Positions 24,001 through 37,140 of a DNA stretch of 64,000 bases are shown here, piece after piece. The DNA comes from Tubulanus polymorphus. Taxonomy: Eukaryota > Animalia > Nemertea. Below the pieces are notes generated by a model, which made no database searches, was not told the DNA's origin, and worked only from the letters and a program-made list of their open reading frames with translations. The stretch spans positions 17,285,807 through 17,349,806 of the forward strand of contig NC_134031.1 in assembly GCF_964204645.1 (NCBI RefSeq), read 5' to 3'. A program made the position numbers and the translations under genes. Every line of letters begins with the position of its first letter. The first letter of the stretch is position 1.

Positions 24001-27000
24001 ATTTGATAAATGTGTCAGCTCTTCCGTCGTACGTTATTTGTACTTTGAAGTGGACCGGACCGGAGCCACACGAAATCAACCTCAAATCGCTTTTTGATTT
24101 GTCCGCACGCAATTCAATTTCTTTTTGAATAACTTCTCTTCGGAAAGATTAAAGATTCAAATTGGACAATTTTTTTTGTAGCAACGACTGGACCCTGTTC
24201 GTATGCTAATAGTAAGACATTCGAAAATGAGCTTTAATGTTTAGCGCTGATACAGGAATCCTGTAATCTATCCCAGCAAAATTGCATTTATTCATAACCT
24301 ACTGATTTAATTTACAACATCAAAAATCTGTTCTTATGTCTATAATTTGAAGACACGGGGGAAATTTGTATAGACGTTTAGCATTTTAATTGCCGAACAT
24401 CGGGTGGCAACTAAAGTTTAGAATATTGTTCACACCACTTGTGTAGAGGAACCAGAAGAACACTCGTAGGGAAATTAGCCCAAACTTGTGAACAAATTAA
24501 ATCTCCCGTTTGTAGATTTCACATGAACTATCCTCCAATTAAAGCAGTCGTACTAATATAGTACGAAATAAAGCTAATTTTGCGTTATACAATCATTTAG
24601 CTTGAACTTTGGGCGTAATCAATGAACTATATTGGAGATTGTGCCATATGAAACGATTCTCAAGAAATTCCCTACTTAAGTTTATTACGTGTCAGTCATC
24701 CTTAAGTTAAAGACTGGAATTATCATTTCCAGTTCACATTTTTCTAAAGAGTTCACTTTCAAAACCTTTATTTCGAGCCGCGGTTCATACCCGGATCTAT
24801 TAATCCATAATGTTTAGCACTAATCCACGTTATCGTATCGTCTTGATCATTAAGGGATGAAGATATTAATATAATTGTTATAGATGCTCACAACTCTAAC
24901 AATGATTGCGGGGCTTTGTAAAAGTTCAAATATCCGCGATGCCATTTTGCGGACGTTATATAACCTATAGGGGCATATGTAATATATCAATGAAATCGAT
25001 CAATTATAGTAAGTGCATTTTATCGCAAAACATAATCTAAATAACATAATTAAAGTTCGAATTCTACTCATATATGCGGGCATATTTGCCATTTTGTTTC
25101 TCTGAATGAATGTGTAACGGAATTGTGGTTAAGATGCCGCAGGATAAAAGATGTGTATAAGGCATTGACGCTACAGTTATCTTTTTCGATCGAAAGTTTT
25201 GTGAAATCGTTCTTTTTTAATCGTCGGGGACCCGCTGAGCACACGACTCATCGGGGGTTCATAATTCATATTACCGAATGCATGTGACTGGCGCCGCCAA
25301 AAGACTCGAGACCAGTGGTAAAAAGATCCTCTCAAAATTATTCATGTTGTTATCAAGTTTTCAAGTGGAATCTACCTTAACTATCGCATCCCCGAAACAT
25401 CAATCAAGTTTGACCAAAATACGTTTCAATGATAATAGTAGGTCTATAAGTATTGAATACACCGAAATACTTCGTAATCTGGGATGGGTCTCGGTTAAAA
25501 GAAAACGAAATCATCTTTAAATCGATATAATGGTATCATGGAGTTAATCTGAAGCCCAGCTTCTGGTTACTATGGGCAGAAGTCAATTCCAATGCGGATG
25601 TATTTCTTACACAGGAGTTGCTCGGTATTTAATTGAACAATATGGAAATTGGCGCGTGGGAGCTGCTTTTTCGATCCGTCCATTATGAATTAAGCTATCA
25701 GGCGTGGACTGGTTACGTGATGCGGTCAGAAACCATGCGGTCCCGCGTGTGTAAATCGGGCGATGTCCGCCCTCTAGTCGCTACCAGGATCGGACAACGT
25801 ATAATTAAAGTCTAAGCCGAGGCATCAATTCTGCCAGACTGGGTAAACTATTGTAGCATAAACCGACATTTTCCTTGCAAACTCCTTTAGGTTTCTCCCT
25901 TAATTACATCATGAGCTCAGCGCGAATCTATCGATACAATGCGATTGCTGGCCGAATTAACAAGATTGGGCGTAAGTTGTTTGACTTTCGAATTTATCCG
26001 AGCAGAAAAGACAAGTCACACGTCAGATCAACGTTAGATAAAGTTGTCGCGAAGACGTTTGGATAACTTTAGCCAAATATTATATATATTCAGGCGAATC
26101 GCACATTTCATTTCATTCAAGGTTCTTACACATATGGACACCCAGAATTCCCTGATTATTCCCTGATTTTCCCTAATCTCTAAATTCCAAGATCCACACT
26201 AGATAATAACTGAACGACTGGTTTATTAGCGGGGACATCATGAGATTTCCAGCGGTTATTGTTGTAGCCGACAGAGTTGAACCATTCTATTTCGTTTCAA
26301 AAATGCGTAAGAATAAATCGACTTCAGTCGTTTTCATCTTCTTTTTTTTTCAATTCACTTCAATCTCCATCTAAAATCTTCCATTGACAATAAAGAGGAC
26401 AAAAACACGAACTAATACTGCGGTCACCAATTCATCATTCAGATTTTCCCAGGCTTGTTGACCATTGACCTGCGTCCGCAGAGTGGTCATTATACGCATT
26501 CAGTTCTCTCAACCTCTCCTATGACTGATTGTGTTTTGTTGTAAACAGAACAGTAGTAGAACGACGTGGCATTGATACCGACGGAATTTTTATGAATCAC
26601 GTTTTCGGCCGCATCATCAACTGAACGACGTCGTCTCCAGCATCATCCATCACCGTCCGCGCATCGCAACCGCAGCCTGACGCCGCGGGCACGTCGTCGT
26701 GCGGCCTTGTTCACCTCAAACCTGGCATGGCGTCGAGCAACAAGCGATTGTATTCGCAACAGCATAAACTATAGGTCCGTTTGTACATATGTATAATGCC
26801 AGTAGCAAAACCAAACAAATTAAGCAATTTCGGAAAATTTATTCATAAACAGGATGACACTACACTAATATTGGAAAATTTATTCATTCTAACATAATTT
26901 GCTATTATTGAGCACAGAATTTCGAAATATTTGCGCATTTTATGGCTTAAAGACACACCGAAGTTTACACGTTACTCGACAAACATGTGACATACAACTA

Positions 27001-27112
27001 ATTACAAATTTTAAGTTTAAGTTGCTATACGTAATGTATATAGCAGCAAAACCAAACAATTTTGACAATTTCTGGAAAATCAATTCATAAACAGGAAGAC
27101 ACTAACATAATT

Positions 27113-27341
27113 ATTATGATTATCATCTTATTCCATATAAATACCAGTATGATATGTAAATTTCATCTCTTGCGCTATGCCTGAAGAGGGGATAATGTAA
27201 CTCCCGAAAACGTTCGCTATAATCAATGTATATAACGAAACAGATTTTGTCAATGCAAACTTTTTTGTGGACAATAAAATTTCTAATCTTTCTAAATCAT
27301 TGGAAAATGAGATTTTTACTGTTTTTGCTTCTATGGATTTT
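27113..27341 (+). mobile_element. Short Penelope-like / retrozyme-like insertion
   Basis: Perfect 15-bp TSD GACACTAACATAATT (27098-27112, 27342-27356) around 229 bp containing TATAAA and a hammerhead core. Confidence 0.7.
27176..27221 (+). ncRNA. Minimal type I hammerhead ribozyme
   Basis: TATGC-CTGAAGA-GGGG(A)..TCCC-GAAA-ACGT-TC-GC(T)ATA. Complete core, stem II, palindromic AACGTT in place of stem III, short stem I. Confidence 0.65.
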
Positions 27342-29466
27342 GACACTAACATAATTTGTAGAACTTATTCAGCCCCTCGTTTCGACTTAAAGTGAATTTT
27401 CAAATATTAGCTTATTTTCTTATCCTAGAGTTTGATTTTCAGATGCAACAATACAAACATACTTCTCGATTTTACAGCTGTTATGAACTGACCATTTGAA
27501 ATTGACTGGCCATTAAACTGGCGATAATAAAGAGATACGCCGGATGTATGATTATTTGTGTTGCAGCTCGTATGGATGTAGATAATCGGTTAACTGGTGC
27601 GCGCGTTGATCAATCAACGATTTTACGACTGGTCGGCCATTCATACGAGCATTATCTCGTTATCCTCGCGGACCTCTGACTTTCAATGGCGAATCGATAA
27701 CTAAACGGAAACATACATTTCCACATACTCGCGAGGTCGACTGTCTTTTCAGCGTTAGATTTAACAACCGTCTGTAACGAGAAGATGATTACTCGGAAAG
27801 TAATTGAAACTTTAAGGCAGGAATGACCGATCCGACGAACGATTCAATCAATCGCGAATAATCCCTTATTTATTAGTTTTTAATGATATCATCCGACCAT
27901 TCGTGTTCGGTATTCGCGCCGTGGGAATTTCATAATTTAGAGGATTATCGAGATCATAAAACTGTCCCTAAAAGACGCATTCGCGCACCTGGTCGATGCC
28001 GGCCATTACTCGTGGATCAGTGACACACAATTCTTCTTTACGTAACTTAATAACTTTTATTCAGGTTTGAAATGGGGGTAATTTAACGCATGAAGGCTCC
28101 CAAACAGCGTTTCTTTTTTTCGCTTTAATTGAAATGTTCAATATATTCGTAGTATCATTGGAATGAATAATTGGCCTATATTGTATATTTATCATTTCAG
28201 TTGCTGTATTCGTTTTAAACATTTCAATTCGTGCGTGTTTATCGTATCTGTAGGTTTCCCATATAAATCGGTTTTTCACAAAGATTCTCGCCGAAGAAAC
28301 GAAGAAAATAAAATTTTCGGTTCAAATTCAATATTGATTATTTGAATTAGCCTACATCTTATTTTTGACATGGTTCGCGAAGTCAATGGAAGATGAATGA
28401 AAAAGGTGAATCGAGAACGAAAGAAGACCTAGAAACAATGATTTATATGCGAAATCATATTGTGCCGACTTGCATTGCGATAGACGCAGCACACACATCG
28501 CTATATGATGCAGGTGCGTCGTAATTTCGGCGAATTCTATGGAACGCATCAATTCGCGACGTCTTCGTCTTTCAATGTGCGAGCATGGCGTGTATATCGA
28601 CACGCCCAAGACATATGTAGCGAAACAATCGGATGTTTTTCGCACGGAAAGTACACATAGTTATATTATCCCCCGAAATGATCGTTAAACAATACGTCGG
28701 TTGCACCTGACTCCCGATGGAGATATCTCTCCCCGTCTCGAGAGATGCGTATATATTAAGTTGTATACGTGTGAGAAATATATTTCCGTTCGCGAATTCA
28801 ATGACGACGTCACACAATTATTTTCCCGTGGACGGTTGCAAGAATAAAGAAACGTACATAACAAACAAATGATTATGGGTCGGGGTTTCGTCGGGGAAAA
28901 AAATCTAAATACATAGTGAGGTTTTCAGTCTGGCAAACTTGTATTAATTCCATAGAATTTGTATTTCTAGTCATGGAAAGATAGAAAAGCTGAAAGATAA
29001 AAATTCTATCGTTTTGATGCGATACAATACAACTTCCAGTCGAATTTCACACGGTCTCGTCTGCGATATATTGTGCAGACTGATGGAATTGCATTATAAC
29101 CCGGCTCCGTAAGCGGAAATGAAATATCAGACGCGGCTACGAACTATAGATACTTCGAATTTTTATTAATGGCCCGATGATGACGATTTTTGAGATGGGC
29201 CTATCTATGGGAACCCGGGTTAGGGTCAACATTACAAGTGGCCCATTAACTCGTTATCGCAGGTCAAATTTACCCGCATCCAAAAGCGCGCATATATACA
29301 TACATGGGAAAACAAACAACTTCGACGTACACATACGTATTTTTAAAAATTAGAATTCTTTTTTTTCACAAAAACCGCTACTCGAATTGTTTTGTGTTTT
29401 TGTTTGATGTGTAACCCAGACATGGATTCTTGACTTTATGAACTCAGACACAGTGTCACAATCCTA

Positions 29467-29499
<33 letters not shown>

Positions 29500-31784
29500 C
29501 ACATATAAATCAACGAACATCGTACAGTATCGACATACCCTCGTGGACATTATTGAAGTAGTTAATATCAAGTACGAAATACATCGAAATATATTCAAAT
29601 ATTTTTCAAAAATTAACATTCAAAGATTCTCAGTAGTGAATACTTGCAAAACGTGCCCGCCACTGAAATGTAACCGAAACTCAACGATTTCTATTTGCAT
29701 AATAGATTCTTACTATCGAAGCAAAAATGCGCGCTAGTGATTTACAAGTTACCACTGGTAACAATATACGTGTATAGAATGTGAAATGATTCAACACATA
29801 GAATCGTATTGTAGAAACTGAAAATTATCCCTATTTGACTGATAATTCTAATCGAGGAACACTATATCCTACAATGAGAAATCGTTTGAAGGACTGCATA
29901 TACAGCCTTTTCAGCGATCTCGACGTACAATGGGGATTTTTTCTGTAACCCATATTCGAAAACCGGGGAGTGCCGAAATAGGAAATGTCGTAATAAATTC
30001 AGGACACAACAACCGACATCAATGACAGCCATCTCTCCTTTTCGACGTCATCGACATGTGCGCGGAGATGCGATGTCGCCCGAGTGCCTGCGCCGAATTG
30101 AAAATAGTGACAGGAAGTAGTATCCGGAATCTCGCGCAAATACGTGACTTCCATAACAATATTTATAACTATGTGTACATATCATCAGGTTTATATTGAA
30201 AATTAGGAAACCGCAAATAGACCTCACTCCGCGTTCCTGTCGTCGGACATATTCGACAAGTATTAGCGAAACGGTCTAATGATAACCATTGTCCTCATTA
30301 TTATATTATCTCCAAGATATTAAACACTTTACACAAGATGTTTCCTGTTTATACGTTAATGAGCGATTGCTGAACTTTATTATGGGCGCCGCGGTGAAAT
30401 ACGTGATTTACCGGCAAACTGACCGCTGAGTCGATTTCAATAGCCCATCGAGACGGATGTTAGCTCTTCAAATTGAATGCTTGCCGAGAATATTGACAGC
30501 GCTTTGTTTAAAATTCATTTCAGAACGCATCTTGTTAGTATTTATTTGGGGAATCATGTCGCTCAAATCTTTCAATTAGATTCAACCGCATGATTTTATG
30601 TATATGAGACATTTTCATATGTACGGAGGGGAACATTATTATTTAATTGTCGGTTGGCTGCGCGCGACACCGTTTGATACGAGATGTTTGAAAAGACGCA
30701 CCAAAGTGTAACCAAGAAAAGAATAATACCATTTACAACACCTGACGAAAAACGTCCTGCCAAGCTTTTAAACGAATTCATCTCCAATTTCATTTTCGAA
30801 TGAATCCTCCATATTTTTCGATAGTTTTCACGAAGGGCAAATTTCGCGAAAGCAAAATCGCATACATTTTCGTTATACACGCGCTTTGATTGCGACCAAA
30901 ACCGCAAAGAAAGAGAAGATGTCGACTGCGCCCTGCTAGTGTTTGGATATAGAATCAATTTCCCTTTTTGATATACTCACTTCTATTTAGTTCGATTTTG
31001 CGGTACACTTGCGGTTAGTGATATATTTGCCTTATCGAATTCGACGATTGTAAAAGGTCCGTTACACAACGGTCGCGTTACCCATCCCGTATTTGCTGCC
31101 ACCATCAATTCCTTAGCCTATTATTGTTCCCGATTGTAGGCGTTTTCTTTTCATCTCAACATATTTTCATTTCCTATATGTTTTTTTGTCTGTGTTGACA
31201 TAAAGTATTTTAGCCCCGCCGTTTATATTATATACGCTGATTCACCATGGGGTTTTCTGCGCGTCTGCGCTTTATCCGTAATTGTGTGTAACGTATGAAA
31301 TAGAAATTCCCGTTTTTTGTTTATCCTTTTTTTTCATAAAAAGATATGAGGTCATGGTTCATCTCGAGAGAAAATCTTCCCATGCCCTCGAGTAAACGGA
31401 CAATAGAAAGTTAGCCAAGCAAATAATTGTTTTACCATGTTTTAAAGAAGTCAAAATTCGAGCCAACGTCTGAGTATGCGGGATCGGGAGGAAATGGGTT
31501 TTTTAGTAGATGCTAAACGTCCAATCCCGTCCGCATAATCTTTGCAAACGTCTTGCGTAGGATGGAGCGCTTACGCATTGATTTCATTCGAGTTTACGAG
31601 CAGCTTTTTACAAAACGAATGGTTTAAAAAGTTCGGCGCATGAATCATGCCGATGTTATGGAATTTGAAAAAAAATCTTCGGAGCATATCTCAGAACTAC
31701 TCGAAATTACGAGGCGCAAATTATCTATTGCGTATATTGCTCGATCAACGGAGGCTATAATATGAAAATCGTGTAATTTACCGC

Positions 31785-31998
31785 AGAAATCCTTGTAGAA
31801 ATGATGACTGATAAATGAAGAAATATGTATGTAACTCGCCAGGGAGGGCCAATGGAAAATTAAAAGTAAAGAAAAACTGGTTATAAAAAACGTTTAATTT
31901 GGCGTAGCAAAGAAATCCTTGTAGAAATAATGACTGATAAATGAAGAATCCTGTATAACTATAGGAAGGGTCAATGGAAAATAAAAAGTAAAGAAAAA
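31785..31998. repeat. Local direct duplication, period 126 bp
   Basis: AGAAATCCTTGTAGAAAT.ATGACTGATAAATGAAGAA...AGGG.CAATGGAAAAT.AAAAGTAAAGAAAAA at 31785 and 31911. Confidence 0.85.
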
Positions 31999-34099
31999 TA
32001 CCAAAAGTTTTTTTTCAAGAAGGGGTTTGCGTACTACGTTAACCCCAACGATGAATAAAGAATCGAGTCATTTTTTAAACGACGATTTAAAATAGAATTC
32101 GGTACTGAATTAAGATTATGGGGGTTACGTAATGCCACTCGTGAGAGCTGCATGCCCCTCCCGCCGAGAGGTGCATTGACATCCGGAGCGAGTGGAATTT
32201 GCGGTCACATCGCTATAGGCACGATGTCAATCGTGAGACGAAAAGATAGACACGTTTTACTGCGGTAGGATTGTCCTTGGAGATGACGGCGGTTTAAGTG
32301 TCCCCTATGTCCCCTATAAGACGGTATTGTCCACAGGACCCGCTCGATGGCTTCATGAATGGCATCGAGCTGCACCTGACTACCAAGGGTGAAATCATAG
32401 GCACTTTTGACAGCGTATAAATTAATAGGATTGTTAGCATATTGAACGGACAATTCTAGCTCGGGAATTCAAATAAAGCGACGAAGCTGAGTGCGTTATT
32501 TACAATACATCTTAGGTTAGCGACGCCAAAGGCAACGGGTCCATCCATCCGAAAAGGTGTATAGAAAATCCGACCCGTAGAAATGCATGTTTACTGGTAC
32601 ATGATGCGAAATGATACGCAGAACATCCCCCGCGGATTTCTATGGATGTCTAACTGAACGGATTCATCTAGATTTCAATACATAATCCGCCCTTTGAAAT
32701 AACGGTTTTGACAATTGAAGAAATATATCTGCTATATGAATCTCACAGCTCCCCGAGGACAGATCATACCCAATTATCATGAAAATTAACTCAATCACCG
32801 GTTAGATTTTTGAATACGAGCTACATTAGAAATAACAATAGAGATTGAACTCTTTTTAGTGTCAAGGCGCTAATATATCGCGAAGAATCTTTTTCTTCGT
32901 CGGTTCTTCGTCAGTTCTCACGCTTCTGAAATGTAAATAGAAAGCCGTAATAAATGATAGTCTATAGCGACGACACTGGTCAACGGATCTTTTCTACGAA
33001 AATGAAAATATGACAAATAGAAAACACCCGGCGGCGAGACAATCAGTGTTTTGCAGTCTTTAGCGGGCGTTTATTTGCGCTTTTTTTGTGTGCAAACCTC
33101 GGCTCAGAAATTCCAGCCCACGCAAGAGTGATGGGTGATCTGAACCCAGAACACCCCACGCTTAGGTATTTAGCGATTTTCACGGAAGTTTCAATTGTAC
33201 GTTAAAAAACGATAATTCGGGCCGTGAGTGATCTTCAGGCTTGCGAAACAAACAAATCGGAGAATTCGTATTGTTGAAAAAGTCGGGCGAAATAGTTTTG
33301 TTCATTTTTTCGCCTCCCCGTGCTGGGAGTGTCAACATTTGTGAATACGGATTCGGGTTTCCCACGGCGGCAAAACCAACAAAAATACTGAATTCCAGGA
33401 AACTATAACCCGCAGAATAGTTTGCCCATCAAAGTATCATCAGCCAGAAAGTCGGTCAAGTTTTTTGGGCAATTCGGTCTATGTTATTATCAATATACCG
33501 TTGGTCCCAAAACGATGTTTAACATCAATATTTTATGGATTTCCGTCATCCCGCGGCTCATAGCGTAGAATTAGGTAAAATTACCAAAGCTCATATAATA
33601 TTAAAACGCCGTCGGGGATTTTTTCACGAAGCCATCGCTAATAAGGATATCTCTATCCAGCGGCCACTTTCCTGTTGGAACACAATAGATACAAGTCCTA
33701 CGGGGGTGATAGCCGTTTCCTACATCCGCCCTACAGGCAAAACAATCAATAGTCGAGTAATTCCGCGTGTAATTAGTCGGCTAAATCGAAGCCGTTGACC
33801 ATTAGAAAATGTTCAACAACCGATTAACGAAAAGAATGCTTGTAATTTGAGGTAATTGCGTTGCGTTGTTATCAATTCAAACACAAGTTCTTGTCGCGTA
33901 CACTTGTCCATTTGAGCGATTGTTTTGTGATTACGTTTGGTTTTTGATGTTGAACACAAAGTGCGCAATCTAACGCTTCGGGCCTTAATTAAGCGTCTAT
34001 ATACGCGATGCTTAAAAACCTACCATGAACCTATATTGTTACGACGGAATAGCCGCCGGCCAATTTTTCGAAAATTTTCGAAGATCACTTTTCTAGATA

Positions 34100-34610
34100 G
34101 TGAAAATTCAACTGCTTTTAGTTGTTTTCAGGTCCAAGAAATTGTTTCCAGGAACGTTGCAAAAAAGACTAGTTGCTTTCAGCACCCGCTGAAAATATCT
34201 GTTAGGTCTTGGCAATAAATTTTGGCCAAAGTCAGATTTAGTCTCGTTACTTTAAATCTCTCACTTAATGTAATCAGTAAAACGTAGCTCTTTGCTCATT
34301 TACTCAATGAAGCTTCTATACTGAGGTAGCGAAAGCTCGTATTGAATAAACTAGTGAACCTATTAAGTACTATCTGTCTCTACGTCCTACCGATTGATAC
34401 CAGAGAATCCTAGAATATAATGCGATTGCGTCATCATCAGAGACTTTACTCACGAAATTTTTTATTTACCCGGACTCAATTTCTTAAGGCAATAGTTTTT
34501 TTTTTTTGCAAAATGGTCGTTTTGAAATCAACTAGTTGTTATTGTGATGTGCTGAATACAACATTAAATTCCTTTATCAATCGGAGATTTTGTGGCCAGA
34601 ATCAGCCACC
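34100..34610. mobile_element. Degenerate relative of the 6418-6903 MITE
   Basis: Shares TTGTTTTCAGG, AGCACCCGCTGAAAA, TTGAAATCAACTAGTT, GTGCTGAATAC and the terminal TTTTGTGGCCAGAATCAGCCACC. Confidence 0.55.
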
Positions 34611-36372
34611 GTCTGTTGGCGAATCGGGTGAAAGTGGTGTCTGAAATATCACAGTCGTTTCTTTCACGTGCAGCGTCGTTGAATCCCGGAGTGACGAGCA
34701 TGTATCAATATATGTTTATACTTTATTACCTGTAGCAAGCAGACGATTTGACGAAATTTTGGCATTTAAATATTCTTTTTCGAAGAAATTTTAACATATT
34801 TTTCAAACTTATGGTTGACTTGAATGATAGTAGATTTTGTTATGGATAGACATACTACTGTGCTGCCACCTGTTTTCGAAATTGCAAATACATGCAATTT
34901 AGTTATAAATCAGATTTTTCTAACGAATTATATTTCGAGACAACAAATACGTATTTAAGACATGGGCCGCTACTGTGCTGGATCCAGGTGTGTTTTTCGT
35001 GAATTCATTTATTACTTGTGAAATGTTCGATTTCATTCTTCTTCACCGGAAATGTATTCAGCATTTAGAAAAAAATGTTTTTTTCTACTGCAACGAATTC
35101 ACTGTTACCGACTATTTCTGTCATTATGTGGCTCTGCGTCATTCAATTGATGAATCCAAATTACATCATATTCGCGTGTTGTTTTGCGCTTTAATGCGAA
35201 AGTCGTTTTCGAAAATGAATGCATTAAACGCGAGATAATTCGTAGATGAATGACGCCATCAAAACCAATCACTACTTCTACGTACATTCCCATAGCAACT
35301 ATGAAATAACAAGAAACATGGCGTTTAATCGACGATGCTGATGTAAAGATATCGAGTAACCATTATCCTACTGTAGGATAATGGTAGTCGGAATTGCTAT
35401 TGTCGGAATGACTATTTACAACACAAACAGATTGGTTCAGCCAATATCGAGTCTTGGGACCTGACGGGTAGATCTGCCAGTACACATAGTCATCAGCGAA
35501 TATGAATCGCTAAGTATGGGGTGAATCAGCCTGCTTTACTTGTGGGCGATTTGAAAATAGGTCGACGATTTCAAATCGTCGGAATTGTCGACAAGTCAAG
35601 TAATACCGAAATAACCCGACAATTAGTAAACTACTGGGGTTGTAGTTGCTCAAAAGTTGGTTAAAGGTAACCGGAGGATAAATACTACAATTACAATGAA
35701 CTTTTAGATGTCACTATGTAAACTATCCAATGGTTAACTCTAACCATTTTTTGAGCAACTGCAGCCCCTGGTCGACAATTGGACGATGGGTTCCATCGCT
35801 CAATATCTCTGAGACCTATTCTGGAGTTGCACCGAGTGAACTGGTATTTCTCCGTTAGATATTCCCAATAAATGTTAGCGATTTTTAGCTCGTTAACAAC
35901 GATCACGTGAGCCATAAAGCGTTTATATCGATAGGCCTTAGAGATATGATCTGAAATTATCGCCATTATTTCACTTTTGGAAATCGGAAATGGCGTTCAA
36001 TACGACTTACAAACTACGACTTAGAGATAGATTTTTAAGGCATTTTGAATGGGTAAAAAACAGGATTCTAAAATTCATATGAACCAGGCGATTAGTGACG
36101 ACGAGTATGATTGTAATAGGCTTATCTGCTTATAACGCGCAATAAAGCTATCATGAACATTCAATGCATTTATTTTACTGAAGACAATTCAACCAGTCTC
36201 AACATTCAGGTATAACATAGAAACAGCAAAAGGGACGGATAGCGTAATATAACAATATATTCCGATGGTGTCTGCCACGATACACTTTTTCAAAAATAAG
36301 GCAGAGAAATGGGCACGCTTTGAAACTTAGATTAATATCATATACATATGTATAAAGAAATGTATATTTTGT

Positions 36373-37140
36373 TTATTTTCTAAGTGAGTAGAGTTTCTCG
36401 GAGCCGGACGCGTATAATTTATTATCAGCAGATATTTCTCGTTTAGCAGCAGGAACGATAGGAGCAAGTCCGCGGCGTCCCATGCCGGATCTAGGACGGC
36501 CGGCAGAGGGCGGTCTCGGTGATTGGGAGCAGCCCATGTGTAAATTCTCGACGGATTTCGAAAGTTCGATGCCTCCGCCGTAGACGGGTAGTTTCTGTGA
36601 TGGATCAGTTGACGCGCGTTTATGGACGTTCGGCAAAACTCGATTCGAACCAGAAATCACTGGTAGATTCTCCATTGATCGACTGCCTTTGATTTCCGGC
36701 AGTTGTACCGCCAAGAGCCTGCTACCTTTAGAAGCAGCCACCGAAGGCGAACCCTTAACCGGCAGCGTATCCTCGAAGAGCACTTGGTTTTCATCCTTTT
36801 CCTCGTTTCCACTGAAGCTTTTATTCAGATCTTGCTCGGCTTGTTTTAATTCACTACGCATTTTTCGCTTCGTCAAAAACGACGGCGATGCAGCCCTGGC
36901 GATTCCGGACGCGTTAGAATGACCACTTCGATTTTTCCCGGTTAGAACAGTCTGTTTGTACTGCTTAGCCGCACTCAGACGCGTTTGTTTAGCCTGTTCG
37001 TAGGCTATATCCGGGGGATTATCGACCTGGTCGAACTCGGCGGCTTCGAATGCGTCGACGTCGACATTAACCGTATCGGAATCGACAGAACCAGTCGACA
37101 GCCGATCGATGACGTCATCTGTTACGTCATTTTCCGCCAT
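36373..37140 (-). CDS. Uncharacterised 255-aa low-complexity protein, single coding exon
   Basis: Long hydrophilic ORF. An in-frame TAG upstream makes ATG 37140 the start. Acceptor at ~37180, candidate 5'UTR exon ~37648-37717, AATAAA on the minus strand at 36169-36174. Confidence 0.75.
   Translation of the reverse strand: MAENDVTDDVIDRLSTGSVDSDTVNVDVDAFEAAEFDQVDNPPDIAYEQAKQTRLSAAKQYKQTVLTGKNRSGHSNASGIARAASPSFLTKRKMRSELKQAEQDLNKSFSGNEEKDENQVLFEDTLPVKGSPSVAASKGSRLLAVQLPEIKGSRSMENLPVISGSNRVLPNVHKRASTDPSQKLPVYGGGIELSKSVENLHMGCSQSPRPPSAGRPRSGMGRRGLAPIVPAAKREISADNKLYASGSEKLYSLRK

Noticed and set aside
26549-26775. GC-rich exon-like segment after a good acceptor
   Set aside because: The frames examined contain stops and no partner exon was found.
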